DNA of 64,000 bases from IMG/VR virus record IMGVR_UViG_3300027801_002650, positions 1-64,000 of that record, one strand, 5' to 3'. The notes under the pieces are model-generated. The model was given only the letters and a program-made list of their open reading frames with translations, had not been told where the DNA came from and searched no databases. This stretch comes from a virus. A program made the translations under genes and the position numbers. Positions 28,199 through 38,198 of the stretch are shown in pieces. The first letter of the stretch is position 1. Each line of letters begins with the position of its first letter.

Positions 28199-29612
28199 TA
28201 AAGATCCTACCAATCTACCCTCAAAAACTTTCTGTGCTTTACCTTGGATGCACGTATCCACACGACCGAATGGCCACATGCGTGTTTGCTGTACAGCAAA
28301 CGCATCAGGTGTTCAGAATAAAGACTCAACAAAAAAGACTCTCTCAGAGGCAGGTGTACTCAGAAGAGATGATGGTCTTCCAGCAAATCTAGCAACGACA
28401 AGTTTGCTTGATGCTTGGAACAACGAATACATGAGGTCAGTTCGCAAAATGATGCTTAATGGTGAAAAACCTCCCTCATGCTTGAAATGCTTTAAGGAAG
28501 AAGATGCAGGACACAGAAGCAAACGACAATGGGAAACTGCCAAGTGGGTAGGAGAACTCGGACTCGACGATATCATCGGAGAAACAAACGAGGATGGCTC
28601 CGTACCTCCAAGAGTCAGGTACATTGATTTACGTTTGGGCAGTAAGTGTCAGTTGGCTTGTGTTATGTGTTCTCCTCATGATTCTTCTAAATGGGTAAAG
28701 GAATATAAAGAAATCTACCCTGATCTAAAGAACGAACGACTACGCGACTCACAACTCTGGGAAAAAGACTCCGGAAAGTTGGCATGGTCAGGTGGCTCGT
28801 ATGCTTGGCACAAATCAAATCCTACATTCTGGGATGAGTTTTGGACTCAGGTTCCTACGCTGAAACAACTGTACTGGGCAGGTGGCGAATCATTGATTAT
28901 GGATGAGCACTACATGGTGCTTGAGAAGATCATTGAAATGGGGCATGCTAAAGATATAGAACTACGATACAACTCAAATGGTCTCGAATGGGAACCACAC
29001 TTGTTTGATTTATGGAAAGAATTTAGAAATGTAATTTTTCATTTCAGCATTGACTGTCATGAGGAGAAAAACCATTTCATTCGATACCCATCTAATTGGG
29101 AACAAGTCGTGACCCAAATGGAAGCACTTGATGATTACCCGCACGGCAACTTGAGACTTACTACAGCCACGACAATCATAGCTCTCAATTTGTTTTATCT
29201 TCCCGATTTTATCAAATGGAAACTGAGCAAACAATGGAAGCTGTTAAACAAGTTTCCTGCTGGAGCAGGCATGATAGATTTACATCTTGCCTACTGGCCA
29301 CCTCAATTAAACTGCAAGGTACTGCCAAAGTGGTTCAAGATGGAGGTAACCGAAAAGTTTAATGAGTTCTATCCTTGGCTTGAAGAAAACTGGCAAAAAT
29401 GCAATGGCGTAGAAAATCTGTCATTTACAGAGTGGCGTGAACTGCCATACGGCATAAAAAGACTTGAGGGACTTGTTTCATTTATGAACTCGGAGGACTG
29501 GTCTGAACGATTGCCCGAAACTGCAGAGTGGTGTTATACCATAGCAAAAAGAAGAAAACTTGATTTTTTGAAAATCTTTCCTGACCTCGAATGGCTACAA
29601 TGGTATGCTTAA
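28188..29612 (+). CDS. radical SAM protein with N-terminal twitch domain
   Basis: CQLACVMC and GGES; N-terminal CALPW...VCC...CLKC. Confidence 0.92.
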   Translation: MIIDKDPTNLPSKTFCALPWMHVSTRPNGHMRVCCTANASGVQNKDSTKKTLSEAGVLRRDDGLPANLATTSLLDAWNNEYMRSVRKMMLNGEKPPSCLKCFKEEDAGHRSKRQWETAKWVGELGLDDIIGETNEDGSVPPRVRYIDLRLGSKCQLACVMCSPHDSSKWVKEYKEIYPDLKNERLRDSQLWEKDSGKLAWSGGSYAWHKSNPTFWDEFWTQVPTLKQLYWAGGESLIMDEHYMVLEKIIEMGHAKDIELRYNSNGLEWEPHLFDLWKEFRNVIFHFSIDCHEEKNHFIRYPSNWEQVVTQMEALDDYPHGNLRLTTATTIIALNLFYLPDFIKWKLSKQWKLLNKFPAGAGMIDLHLAYWPPQLNCKVLPKWFKMEVTEKFNEFYPWLEENWQKCNGVENLSFTEWRELPYGIKRLEGLVSFMNSEDWSERLPETAEWCYTIAKRRKLDFLKIFPDLEWLQWYA

Positions 29613-30753
29613 TATAGAAAATATAGAAGACAAATCAAATCGTTATCAGATCATATGGGACCTCGGACGCAGGTGCTCATATGCCTGCTCATATTGCCCT
29701 CCTCACAGAAACAATAAGTGGTCTACATTTATTGACTATGAAAAACTATGCGACACCGTAGACAAGGTTGCTCAATATGCGTTACTGTATGATCAGTTTC
29801 GTAAAGTGCCTGCTATGAAAAAACTTAGTTTTACTGGCGGTGAGCCAACTGTTCATCCGGACTTTTTTAAATTCCTAAGATACGTAAAGACTACTTACCC
29901 CTTTTTCAGTAGAGGTCTGACTACAAATGGGTGGTTTTCGAATAGTGTTTTAGATAAAGTGATGTCCCTGACAACTGGTGGTACTCTGTCATATCATTGT
30001 GAATCAACAGATAAACAGAAAAAACAAGTAATAAGCAATGCTATCGTATTACGAGAAAAGTACAAGGTAAACGTAATGTTTCACAAAGATTACTTTTGGG
30101 AATGCGTAGATGTTTGCGAGACAATGGAGAAAAATGGTGTAGACTACGTACCACGAATCATAGGAGATGATCATCCCGATGATAAAAAGTCCATAGAGTT
30201 AGGTTATACACAGGTGTACGAAGAAGATCAAATGAAATGGTTTAGAGATTACTGGAAACAGAAAGGACAAAATGTTGCAGAATCAGGAAACACCCAAAAA
30301 GGATTGGGACGTCCCTGTTGCGGAGGCAGATGCTTTAAGGCAGACGGCAAGGATTCTTACTTTCTCCCTGATACAAACTTTCAGGGTTGGAGCTGTATGG
30401 TTAACTGGTATTTTCTTTTCATAAACTCAGAGGCAGATCGTGTATGGACTCATCAAACTTGTGGCGTAAATCTTGATGGAAAAGTTGCTCCTCTTGGAAA
30501 GATATCCGAGTTTGACGATATACTTGACAAACTCGGCGATTCATTGTATACTAGAAGGGTGCCAATGATTACGTGTCCGAAAACATTTTGTGGATGTGGT
30601 ATGTGCATCACAAAATCAAAAGACAATGTGAAAGAGATGTTTGACAGGCATACTGTCGATGAGTTGGACTTTGAGAAAGTATCACAAAAGAAAAGCAACT
30701 GGTTCACAGACGAAACAACGAAAAGGGTTTTTGAGAAGTTAGATGCTGTGTAA
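29605..30753 (+). CDS. radical SAM protein with C-terminal Cys-rich domain
   Basis: CSYACSYC, SFTGGEPT, TTNG; C-terminal PCC...FQGWSC...CPKTFCGCGMC. Confidence 0.92.
   Translation: MLNIENIEDKSNRYQIIWDLGRRCSYACSYCPPHRNNKWSTFIDYEKLCDTVDKVAQYALLYDQFRKVPAMKKLSFTGGEPTVHPDFFKFLRYVKTTYPFFSRGLTTNGWFSNSVLDKVMSLTTGGTLSYHCESTDKQKKQVISNAIVLREKYKVNVMFHKDYFWECVDVCETMEKNGVDYVPRIIGDDHPDDKKSIELGYTQVYEEDQMKWFRDYWKQKGQNVAESGNTQKGLGRPCCGGRCFKADGKDSYFLPDTNFQGWSCMVNWYFLFINSEADRVWTHQTCGVNLDGKVAPLGKISEFDDILDKLGDSLYTRRVPMITCPKTFCGCGMCITKSKDNVKEMFDRHTVDELDFEKVSQKKSNWFTDETTKRVFEKLDAV
30524..30552 (+). promoter_or_regulatory. intragenic sigma70-type promoter
   Basis: cTTGACAaactcggcgattcattgTATACT with a 17-bp spacer. 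Confidence 0.55.
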
Positions 30754-31696
30754 AATGCCTTTCACCCATTCTTTTATAGATGGGGAAACTATGAAACCTT
30801 GCTGTATGTTTGAAGGCGAGGGAGACGTACGGGAACAGTTTCTAGCAGGCATAAAACCTGAAGGATGCAAACCTTGTTTCGACAAAGAGGAACGTGGAGG
30901 AACCAGTTCGAGACAGTATTACAATCAACGATATGACTTTTTGCCTCTGGACAAAGTCAGAACCTTTGACCTGAGAATCGATGATGTATGTAATCTAAAG
31001 TGTGTTATGTGTGGACCTGATCAGTCTACCAAATGGAGAGAAGACATTGAGATATTCGATGAGTTTGTTGGTAGACCACTGTGGAACAGGAAAATACCAC
31101 TGCCAGATTTATCTGATGCATTAGAAATAAGCATCCTTGGTGGAGAACCATTCTATATGAGAACTGCTGAGAACATATTGAAAAAGCAGTCCCGAGACAC
31201 CCGCATTATTTTGAACACAAATGCTTGCATCGATGCAGACAACAAACTGCTGGGCATATTAAAAGAGTTTGATGTTGTTGAAATCGTAATATCGATTGAC
31301 GGGTACAAGCAAGTAAACGATTATATTCGTTTCCCATCAGAGTGGGATAAGTTTGAGTCTGGTATAGATATTATTTTTTCCCTCGACAATATTGAATATA
31401 AACCATTTAACACAACAGTCAGTTGCCTAAACCTGCCAGACCTTGATAATATCAAAAACTACACAAAGCAATACTCAGACTACAAACACTACATAAATTA
31501 TCTTACCGACCCAGACTTTTTGAGTATAAATGCTTTGCCACCGAAAGTCATAGAATACTGTGATGTTGACGTAGACTATGAGTTCGACAAAAAGTTGAAT
31601 CAAAAGATGAGAGCATACTTGAGTAAGTTAGACAAGAAAAGAAATACAAATAGCAAAAGGACATTACCATGGTGCTGGATCGACCATTCAGAATAG
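30743..31696 (+). CDS. radical SAM protein with N-terminal twitch domain
   Basis: CNLKCVMC and GGEP; N-terminal CKMPF...PCC...CKPC. Confidence 0.9.
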   Translation: MLCKMPFTHSFIDGETMKPCCMFEGEGDVREQFLAGIKPEGCKPCFDKEERGGTSSRQYYNQRYDFLPLDKVRTFDLRIDDVCNLKCVMCGPDQSTKWREDIEIFDEFVGRPLWNRKIPLPDLSDALEISILGGEPFYMRTAENILKKQSRDTRIILNTNACIDADNKLLGILKEFDVVEIVISIDGYKQVNDYIRFPSEWDKFESGIDIIFSLDNIEYKPFNTTVSCLNLPDLDNIKNYTKQYSDYKHYINYLTDPDFLSINALPPKVIEYCDVDVDYEFDKKLNQKMRAYLSKLDKKRNTNSKRTLPWCWIDHSE

Positions 31697-32634
31697 AGTT
31701 TGAGATAAGTTCTCTATGTAATGCTCTCTGCTCAGGTTGTCAACGAACAATGATGGACAACAGGGGAAAGTACTACTACAAAGGAAATATTACCATAGAC
31801 CAAATGACAGATTGGTTTGATGAGGTTGACTTGACTAATGCCAAAATTAAACTGTGTGGTGTGTTAGGTGACCCGATTGTCAACCCTGACTGCTATGAAA
31901 TATGTTCCTATTTGATGCTAGAGAAGAAAGTCAAAAGCATAGAAATATCTACCAATGGTGGTATGAGATCATCAAAGTTTTGGACTCAGTTAGGCGAGTT
32001 ATCAGCGATGAGCGGCAATCGTTTATATGTACATTGGTCAATAGACGGAGTTACCAAAAATGATTACAGAGAAAACGTAAACATCGACAAGGTCTGGGAA
32101 AACTTTCATACTTACTATAATGCTGGTGGTAAATGCATTTGGCAGTATATACATTTTGATTACAACGCAGACGAAATCCCTCTGGCAAAACAAAAAGCAA
32201 AAGAGTTAGGTGTTGAGTTAAAGATACGTGTCAGTTGGAGAAATACTGCTGATGCAGCAAAGTTTAAATCAAGCGAAGCACTAAAGATCGACGAAGACAT
32301 ATACGAGACAGTTGAGACTCGAGCACGCACGGGTGACTATGAGGCAGCAAATATTGTTTGTCGACATCAGTTAGAAAATGAGCTGTTCGTTACATCAGAA
32401 GGCAGAATATGGCCTTGCTGTCATTTACAAGATGAACAGGTTGCAGGCAAAACTGACATACTAACAAAAGTTGGTTTAAAAAATGATCTACAGCAGTCAA
32501 AATTTTACGACATTATTCAGTCTGAGTGGTATGAAAAAACACTGGCCGAGTCGTGGGAAAAATCACACCCTCTTCACCTACCCAGGTGCTATTTATCCTG
32601 TGGAGATTTTGCGAAAAGAAAAGTTATTAAATGA
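31669..32634 (+). CDS. radical SAM protein with C-terminal SPASM/twitch-like domain
   Basis: CNALCSGC, CGVLGDP, TNGG; C-terminal C...WPCC...CYLSC. Confidence 0.9.
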   Translation: MVLDRPFRIEFEISSLCNALCSGCQRTMMDNRGKYYYKGNITIDQMTDWFDEVDLTNAKIKLCGVLGDPIVNPDCYEICSYLMLEKKVKSIEISTNGGMRSSKFWTQLGELSAMSGNRLYVHWSIDGVTKNDYRENVNIDKVWENFHTYYNAGGKCIWQYIHFDYNADEIPLAKQKAKELGVELKIRVSWRNTADAAKFKSSEALKIDEDIYETVETRARTGDYEAANIVCRHQLENELFVTSEGRIWPCCHLQDEQVAGKTDILTKVGLKNDLQQSKFYDIIQSEWYEKTLAESWEKSHPLHLPRCYLSCGDFAKRKVIK

Positions 32635-33464
32635 TAGATAGTCCCGAAAGAGAATACACATTAGACTGGTTGCAGTATGAAAGACAGCAACCAATGTACG
32701 ATGAGAGCATCAATGATTTTTATGCTCGTATTTTTAAGGAAACTCCAGTTCACGCAAAAACTATTGACGTAGATTTTTTACATGCCTTTGACGAATGGTT
32801 GAGAAATCATCAGTTCAGCAGTTTTACAGGAATGGATGCATTCCCTGTCAGGCATGTCATACAGGGTGTCACACATTACATCGACGACCTGTATCAGACA
32901 TATGGTTCTTTGCAGATATTCAAAAATGATTATAAATACCACTGGCGACTGAACAATGAAATAGAGTATGCTACTATCGATACCCTGGATAAAAGGCACC
33001 TACTTATATCAATGCCGTTTCCTTACTACGGTGATATACATCCTGGCATGTACACAATACTCGATGCGTGTTATGAAAAGGGAATCCCTGTGCATGTTGA
33101 TGCTGCTTGGATTAGTTGCATACGCAATATTGATTTCAATTTTGACCACCCTGCTATTCAGACTTTTGCTATCAGTTTAAGTAAAGGAGGCATAGGTGGT
33201 TGTCGAATCGGTGTGAGATATGCACGATGGACAACTGAAGGACCTATCACATTAATGAATAAGTTTAACATGAATCAACAACCACTGATGTGGATTGGAA
33301 CACGTTTCATGAAGGAGTTTGGTCCAGAGTATTTTTGGAAAAAATATGAAAACAAATATAATCAAGTTCTTAAGGATTTCAAACTGCAACCATCAAAAGC
33401 AATACACCTTGCTATGAGCAACGGTAAACCTGTTGGTGTTCGATCACTGCTGAGGGCATTATGA
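32631..33464 (+). CDS. fold-type-I PLP-dependent enzyme (aminotransferase/decarboxylase-like)
   Basis: VHVDAAW (PLP Asp) and SLSK (Schiff-base Lys) followed by RIG. Confidence 0.7.
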   Translation: MIDSPEREYTLDWLQYERQQPMYDESINDFYARIFKETPVHAKTIDVDFLHAFDEWLRNHQFSSFTGMDAFPVRHVIQGVTHYIDDLYQTYGSLQIFKNDYKYHWRLNNEIEYATIDTLDKRHLLISMPFPYYGDIHPGMYTILDACYEKGIPVHVDAAWISCIRNIDFNFDHPAIQTFAISLSKGGIGGCRIGVRYARWTTEGPITLMNKFNMNQQPLMWIGTRFMKEFGPEYFWKKYENKYNQVLKDFKLQPSKAIHLAMSNGKPVGVRSLLRAL

Positions 33465-34672
33465 GTTGTATTCTACCTTGGATCAATTTTGGTACAAATA
33501 TTTACGGGCGACCGAGAGTCTGTGGTTACTCTAACATAAATGCACAATGGAAGCATATGTTTGAGAAAAGAGGTTTACCATGGCCACCTACTAAAATTGA
33601 AGACACCCCAAAGGAAATCCTTGAAAGTGACTTTGCCAAAGAGTTCCAGACTTGGAATGGTAAGTTAGAAAAGCATGGTGTAAAAGAGCAGTGGAACAAC
33701 ATTTATTTTAGAGAGATTCGTGAAACATTTTTGAATGGTGAGTGGCCAGCAAACTGTGGCAGATGTAAGCATGTTGAAGAGTTGGGTGGCAAGTCAAAAC
33801 GCATAGACGAAAATGATATGTGGCATGACGAAAATCTGATCGTAGAAACAGAATATCCAAAGCACATCGATGTAAGAACTGGTACAGTCTGCAACTTTAA
33901 ATGTATTCATTGTAGTCCAAATGTTAGCTCGAAATGGGTTGAGGACAAGGAAGTCGCCATAAAATATGGAACCGAATACGTAGAAAATGATAATACTTGG
34001 ATAGCAAAAGATAATGACTTTTGGAATCAACTTGACATTTCTCAAATAAAAAGGTATAATTTCTTAGGTGGTGAATCGTTTTATAATAAAAGACATAACG
34101 AGTTTATCAAAAAACTGAATGAAAGCGAGTATGCGAATGAAATAGAAATCGCTTACGTCACCAATGGTTCGTTCAGATTTGAGAATATGGAAAACTTCAA
34201 AAAGGTAAGACTGAGATTGTCTGTTGACTGTGTAGAAACAGCAGGGGAATATTTTCGTTATGGATTAAAATGGGATGATTGGTGTGAAAACATTAAAAAA
34301 TTTCCGTCAAACTTTGACACATCCTTTCAATGGACTTGCAGTAATGTAAGCATGTTCTACTTAGTAGATACCTACAAGTTATTGCGCAAACAGTTTCCTG
34401 ACATTAGATTTTTGTTTGAGAATCATGTAACAGAACCCTACTATATGTCAGCACAAAATCTGCCCAGTAGCATCAAAGAAAAAATCAGTGACGAAATTGA
34501 TTTTGAAATAGATCCTTTTTACGTTAATTATATGTTTAAAAAAGATGGATGGTCAGAAAAAGGTGAAACTTTTATTAACTATCTAAACGATTTAGATAAA
34601 GCAAGAAAAACCAATTGGAGAAAAAGTCTGTGTGGTCTAGAGAAAGCATTGAGTGGATTGACGTTGAGCTAA
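33461..34672 (+). CDS. radical SAM protein with N-terminal twitch domain
   Basis: CNFKCIHC and GGES; N-terminal CILPW...VC...CGRC. Confidence 0.9.
   Translation: MSCILPWINFGTNIYGRPRVCGYSNINAQWKHMFEKRGLPWPPTKIEDTPKEILESDFAKEFQTWNGKLEKHGVKEQWNNIYFREIRETFLNGEWPANCGRCKHVEELGGKSKRIDENDMWHDENLIVETEYPKHIDVRTGTVCNFKCIHCSPNVSSKWVEDKEVAIKYGTEYVENDNTWIAKDNDFWNQLDISQIKRYNFLGGESFYNKRHNEFIKKLNESEYANEIEIAYVTNGSFRFENMENFKKVRLRLSVDCVETAGEYFRYGLKWDDWCENIKKFPSNFDTSFQWTCSNVSMFYLVDTYKLLRKQFPDIRFLFENHVTEPYYMSAQNLPSSIKEKISDEIDFEIDPFYVNYMFKKDGWSEKGETFINYLNDLDKARKTNWRKSLCGLEKALSGLTLS
34032..34060 (+). promoter_or_regulatory. intragenic sigma70-type promoter
   Basis: aacTTGACAtttctcaaataaaaaggTATAAT, a perfect consensus with the same flanks as the 13222 promoter. 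Confidence 0.75.
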
Positions 34673-35553
34673 CGTCATTTTGTAATATAGACTGCCCAGG
34701 TTGTTTCCGGCAAGTCAAAAGGGATAAGGTTGATCATCTTCTAAACAAAAGCATGATTACTTTAGATCAGATTAAAACATGGCTGACATACAAGAACTTT
34801 CCTAACGCAAAACTGGTCAACTTTTGTGGATCGATTGACGAACCTACCTTACATCCTGATATGTTGGCAATCTTAGACCACCTTGACGGCATAGACATTA
34901 ACATATCATCGAATGGCTCAACTAAGACAGAAAAGTTTTGGGGCGAGTTAGGAAAAAGAAAAATATCTGTTTTCTTTGGTCTTGACGGCATAGACCAGGA
35001 GTCACTTGAAAAATACAGGATAGGTGCAAACTTCAAAAAAGTGCAGGCAAATTGGAGAGCATTCATTAAGGCAGGTGGCAAAGCAACGTGGCAGTTTATA
35101 GCATTTGATCACAATGAGCACTTGATGGATGACGCCAAACGCATGGCAAAAAAAGAAGGATTTACTGACTTCAGATTGATTTATTCTCATAGAAATGAGA
35201 ACCAAGAGTCTAAGAAACTACAAAGAAAAGAAGAACAGACCATTGTATGTAAATATGGGGAGCAAAATAGAATCTTTATTAGTCACACAGGTGTGATGCT
35301 CCCTTGTTGCTTTTTGAACTCAGAGTTCCTACAGTCTTATGCTACAAAAGAATACCATACTGACTTTCAACAACTGTTCAAAAATACAGGTGACGTGCTG
35401 AACAACAGTTTGAAATATGCTGAGCCAGACGAAATCATTGACGGGGAATTGTGGAAAGAAATCGTTTCGTCGTGGGATCACAAACCAATATCAAGGTGTG
35501 AAACTACGTGCAAGCAAGCAAAGCAAGATGTATTTCTTGGAGAGACATTATGA
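34615..35553 (+). CDS. radical SAM protein with C-terminal SPASM/twitch-like domain
   Basis: CNIDCPGC, CGSIDEP; C-terminal C...PCC...CETTC. Confidence 0.9.
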   Translation: MEKKSVWSRESIEWIDVELTSFCNIDCPGCFRQVKRDKVDHLLNKSMITLDQIKTWLTYKNFPNAKLVNFCGSIDEPTLHPDMLAILDHLDGIDINISSNGSTKTEKFWGELGKRKISVFFGLDGIDQESLEKYRIGANFKKVQANWRAFIKAGGKATWQFIAFDHNEHLMDDAKRMAKKEGFTDFRLIYSHRNENQESKKLQRKEEQTIVCKYGEQNRIFISHTGVMLPCCFLNSEFLQSYATKEYHTDFQQLFKNTGDVLNNSLKYAEPDEIIDGELWKEIVSSWDHKPISRCETTCKQAKQDVFLGETL

Positions 35554-36281
35554 AGATAAGTGATTATCGTGAATATGCTAATCGTCTATCTGCATTACGA
35601 GAGAAATTGGCCGACATTGAAAAGGTCTTTTACAATGTTGAAAAAGAACAACGGGCGACGAAGTATGCTCAGGTAGGCAGGTGGATAGAGGGCAATCTGT
35701 CACAAGATTATTCACAGTCCTGGGAAGACTCAATGTCTGCTCAACAGTACGAATCTAAAAAATGGATGGTCGATGAAATAGCAAATCTTAAACCAAAGTT
35801 TGAATACTCCGAACCCTGCCACATTGAGGTTGTTGGTTCTTGGTTCGGGTGGCCATTGATGGAATACATTGATCATGCCTTTCCCAATATAAAACAGGTA
35901 GACCTGTATGATAAGGATGAACTGTGCCATCCTGTCATGGCTCAATACAAAAATCACTTTGCCCCTAAATATTCAGTCCACCAATTTGGTGATTGGTTTG
36001 AAAGAACTGATAAAAGAAGAAGGCAGGTGATCATTAATACTTCTGGTGAACACATGTCTAACATTTCTGCGAACAAAGAAATGTTCAAAGGAAATCCTCT
36101 TATTATCATAATGTCAAATGATTATTTTGATGGAGATGGCCACACTCACTGTGTCCCTGACGTAGAGGAACTTGTGCGTCAACAAAATCTCGGGGAAACC
36201 TATTACACTGGTACACGATCAATGCAGACTTATAACAGATTCATGGTGATTGGGAGAATGCATGCTGAAAGTACTGACTGA
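35508..36281 (+). CDS. class I SAM-dependent methyltransferase-like protein
   Basis: VVGSWFG (motif I-like), DLYDKD (motif II-like), INTSGEHM, RFMVIG. Likely start is ATG 35550. Confidence 0.65.
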   Translation: MQASKARCISWRDIMKISDYREYANRLSALREKLADIEKVFYNVEKEQRATKYAQVGRWIEGNLSQDYSQSWEDSMSAQQYESKKWMVDEIANLKPKFEYSEPCHIEVVGSWFGWPLMEYIDHAFPNIKQVDLYDKDELCHPVMAQYKNHFAPKYSVHQFGDWFERTDKRRRQVIINTSGEHMSNISANKEMFKGNPLIIIMSNDYFDGDGHTHCVPDVEELVRQQNLGETYYTGTRSMQTYNRFMVIGRMHAESTD

Positions 36282-37164
36282 CAAGGGACTGAAGACAGCA
36301 ACAGTCAGTCAATTAAAACAGAATACAAACTTTAAGGGATGGGTTTGCCAACCAAATCAATACGTTATTGACGTAGAGAAATGGACAGTTAGGCAAACAG
36401 TTTGCGGACACCCTGACGAACAATCTATTGGAGAGTTTGTCCCTATCAAAGAAACCATCTGCCCCAACGACAACTGTTTTTGTGGCAATGATATAGAAAT
36501 GAGAAAAGGAAAGACACACGATTTTCTTAAACTAATCAAACATGCCCCCGATAAGATTGACCCGTACAGAGGTGAGAAGATACTCGCCATCGATAATAAA
36601 AACAGAGTCAACGTCAACTTTTATACTGAAAAGAAATGCAATTATAGTTGCTCATACTGTGAACCTGAGAATCATTCATCTACTAAATCCATTGACATCG
36701 AAAAATACAAAGAGGCATGGAATACTGTAAATCCAAAAAATGTCTCTACCATAAATATATCTGGTGGCGAGCCAACACTCAACAAAAAATATATTGACTT
36801 TGTAAAATGGTTGAGCGAACACAATCCTTACGCACACATATCGACATCTACAAATGGATCTAAGTCTGCCGATTATCTTAGGCATCTTAATACATACTCT
36901 CACCTAGCGATAAGCATACATTTTGAATTTATTACAGAATCCTACATAAAAAAGTTACATAGGTTTCTTTCACACAGAAACGAAAACAAAAAGTCAGTAA
37001 GATTAAAATGCATGTTGCATCCAGAAAAAATCCAACAAGTAAAAAGTTTTATGGACGGATTCAAGGGATATCCGGACATCCAAGTTTCGGTCACTCCTTT
37101 GTGGACACCTGGTACAAAAGATATTATGGAATATGAGGAAGAAGTATGGAATTTAGTGACATAA
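36250..37164 (+). CDS. radical SAM protein with the Cys-rich auxiliary domain at the N-terminus
   Basis: CNYSCSYC, SGGEPT, STNG; N-terminal FKGWVC...VC...CPNDNCFC. Likely start is ATG 36262. Confidence 0.9.
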   Translation: MGECMLKVLTDKGLKTATVSQLKQNTNFKGWVCQPNQYVIDVEKWTVRQTVCGHPDEQSIGEFVPIKETICPNDNCFCGNDIEMRKGKTHDFLKLIKHAPDKIDPYRGEKILAIDNKNRVNVNFYTEKKCNYSCSYCEPENHSSTKSIDIEKYKEAWNTVNPKNVSTINISGGEPTLNKKYIDFVKWLSEHNPYAHISTSTNGSKSADYLRHLNTYSHLAISIHFEFITESYIKKLHRFLSHRNENKKSVRLKCMLHPEKIQQVKSFMDGFKGYPDIQVSVTPLWTPGTKDIMEYEEEVWNLVT

Positions 37165-38198
37165 GGCAAGTACATTTTGAACCATCACAGGGATGCAATG
37201 CTTCTTGTCCTATGTGTGACAGGAATCAAAATGGTGGGGCAGTTAATCATCACCTTACAAATGCTACGTGGACTGCTGAAGAGTTCATGAACAAGATAGA
37301 CTTTGAGTTTATCAAGAAAACCAACTTCTGGTATTTTTGTGGGAACCACGGGGATCCACATATGTGTGAGGACCTACCCAGAATTTGTGCGTGGATGAAA
37401 CAGAAAAATCCAGGGATTCGTTTACTTACCACAACAAATGGTGGAGCACGTGATGTGTCTTGGTGGGAAGAACTTGCACAATACTCAGAGGTCAACTTCT
37501 CCGTCGACGGACTAGAGGACACAAATCATCTCTATCGTCAAGGTGTGAGGTGGCAAAGGGTTGAGGAAAATATGGTAGCATTTTGTGAGGCAGGTGGTTT
37601 CGCGAAATGGACATTCCTTGTCTTTCGTCACAACGAGCATCAGGTTGAGGATGCTAGAAGATGGGCTACGGCACTTGGCGTAAAAGATTTTATTGTTAAA
37701 AAGTCAGGCAGGTATATCAACACTGCTACCCTGACTGAGAAGGATGGCCACCAAGCAGTCAACAAAAAGGGTGAAACGAAACAATACCTCGAGCAACCTT
37801 TGAATCCCAAATATCAGAACAAGGCACTGCCCCAGTACAAGGTGCTAGAGAAAAAGTATGGAACTTTTGATAAATACCTTGAGGTGTGTAAAATAGACTG
37901 TAAAGCAGAAGACAAAAAAGAAATCTATATCTCAGCAGAGGGATACACTTTTCCTTGTTGCTGGTTGGGTGGGCAACCTCTTAAGTGGTGGCGTAAACAA
38001 AAATCTGGTGATGTACATGATATGATTGGTGACTACGACCTGATAAACATAAAGAAGACACCCCTGAAAGAGATCATAACGGGTGGGTTCTTTAACCGAG
38101 TACAGGAATCTTGGACTGGTGACAGACTCAAGACCTGTGCGTTAAAGTGTAACTCCGGACAAGATAACTACGATCCTTTTTCAGCACAATGGCAGTAA
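37146..38198 (+). CDS. radical SAM protein with C-terminal SPASM/twitch-like domain
   Basis: CNASCPMC, CGNHGDP, TNGG; C-terminal C...FPCC...CALKC. Confidence 0.92.
   Translation: MEFSDIRQVHFEPSQGCNASCPMCDRNQNGGAVNHHLTNATWTAEEFMNKIDFEFIKKTNFWYFCGNHGDPHMCEDLPRICAWMKQKNPGIRLLTTTNGGARDVSWWEELAQYSEVNFSVDGLEDTNHLYRQGVRWQRVEENMVAFCEAGGFAKWTFLVFRHNEHQVEDARRWATALGVKDFIVKKSGRYINTATLTEKDGHQAVNKKGETKQYLEQPLNPKYQNKALPQYKVLEKKYGTFDKYLEVCKIDCKAEDKKEIYISAEGYTFPCCWLGGQPLKWWRKQKSGDVHDMIGDYDLINIKKTPLKEIITGGFFNRVQESWTGDRLKTCALKCNSGQDNYDPFSAQWQ

Noticed and set aside
27386-30753. Calling queC/queE and a 7-deazaguanine DNA modification pathway
   Set aside because: No folE, queD or dpdA is in the window, and the rSAMs carry extra Cys domains unlike QueE, so gene symbols were withheld.
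13656-35971. Further CTAAATA 7-mers inside island genes (e.g. near 13656, 16071, 19746, 27725, 35965)
   Set aside because: An AT-rich 7-mer is expected several times by chance in 29 kb, so these cannot be called promoters without TSS data.
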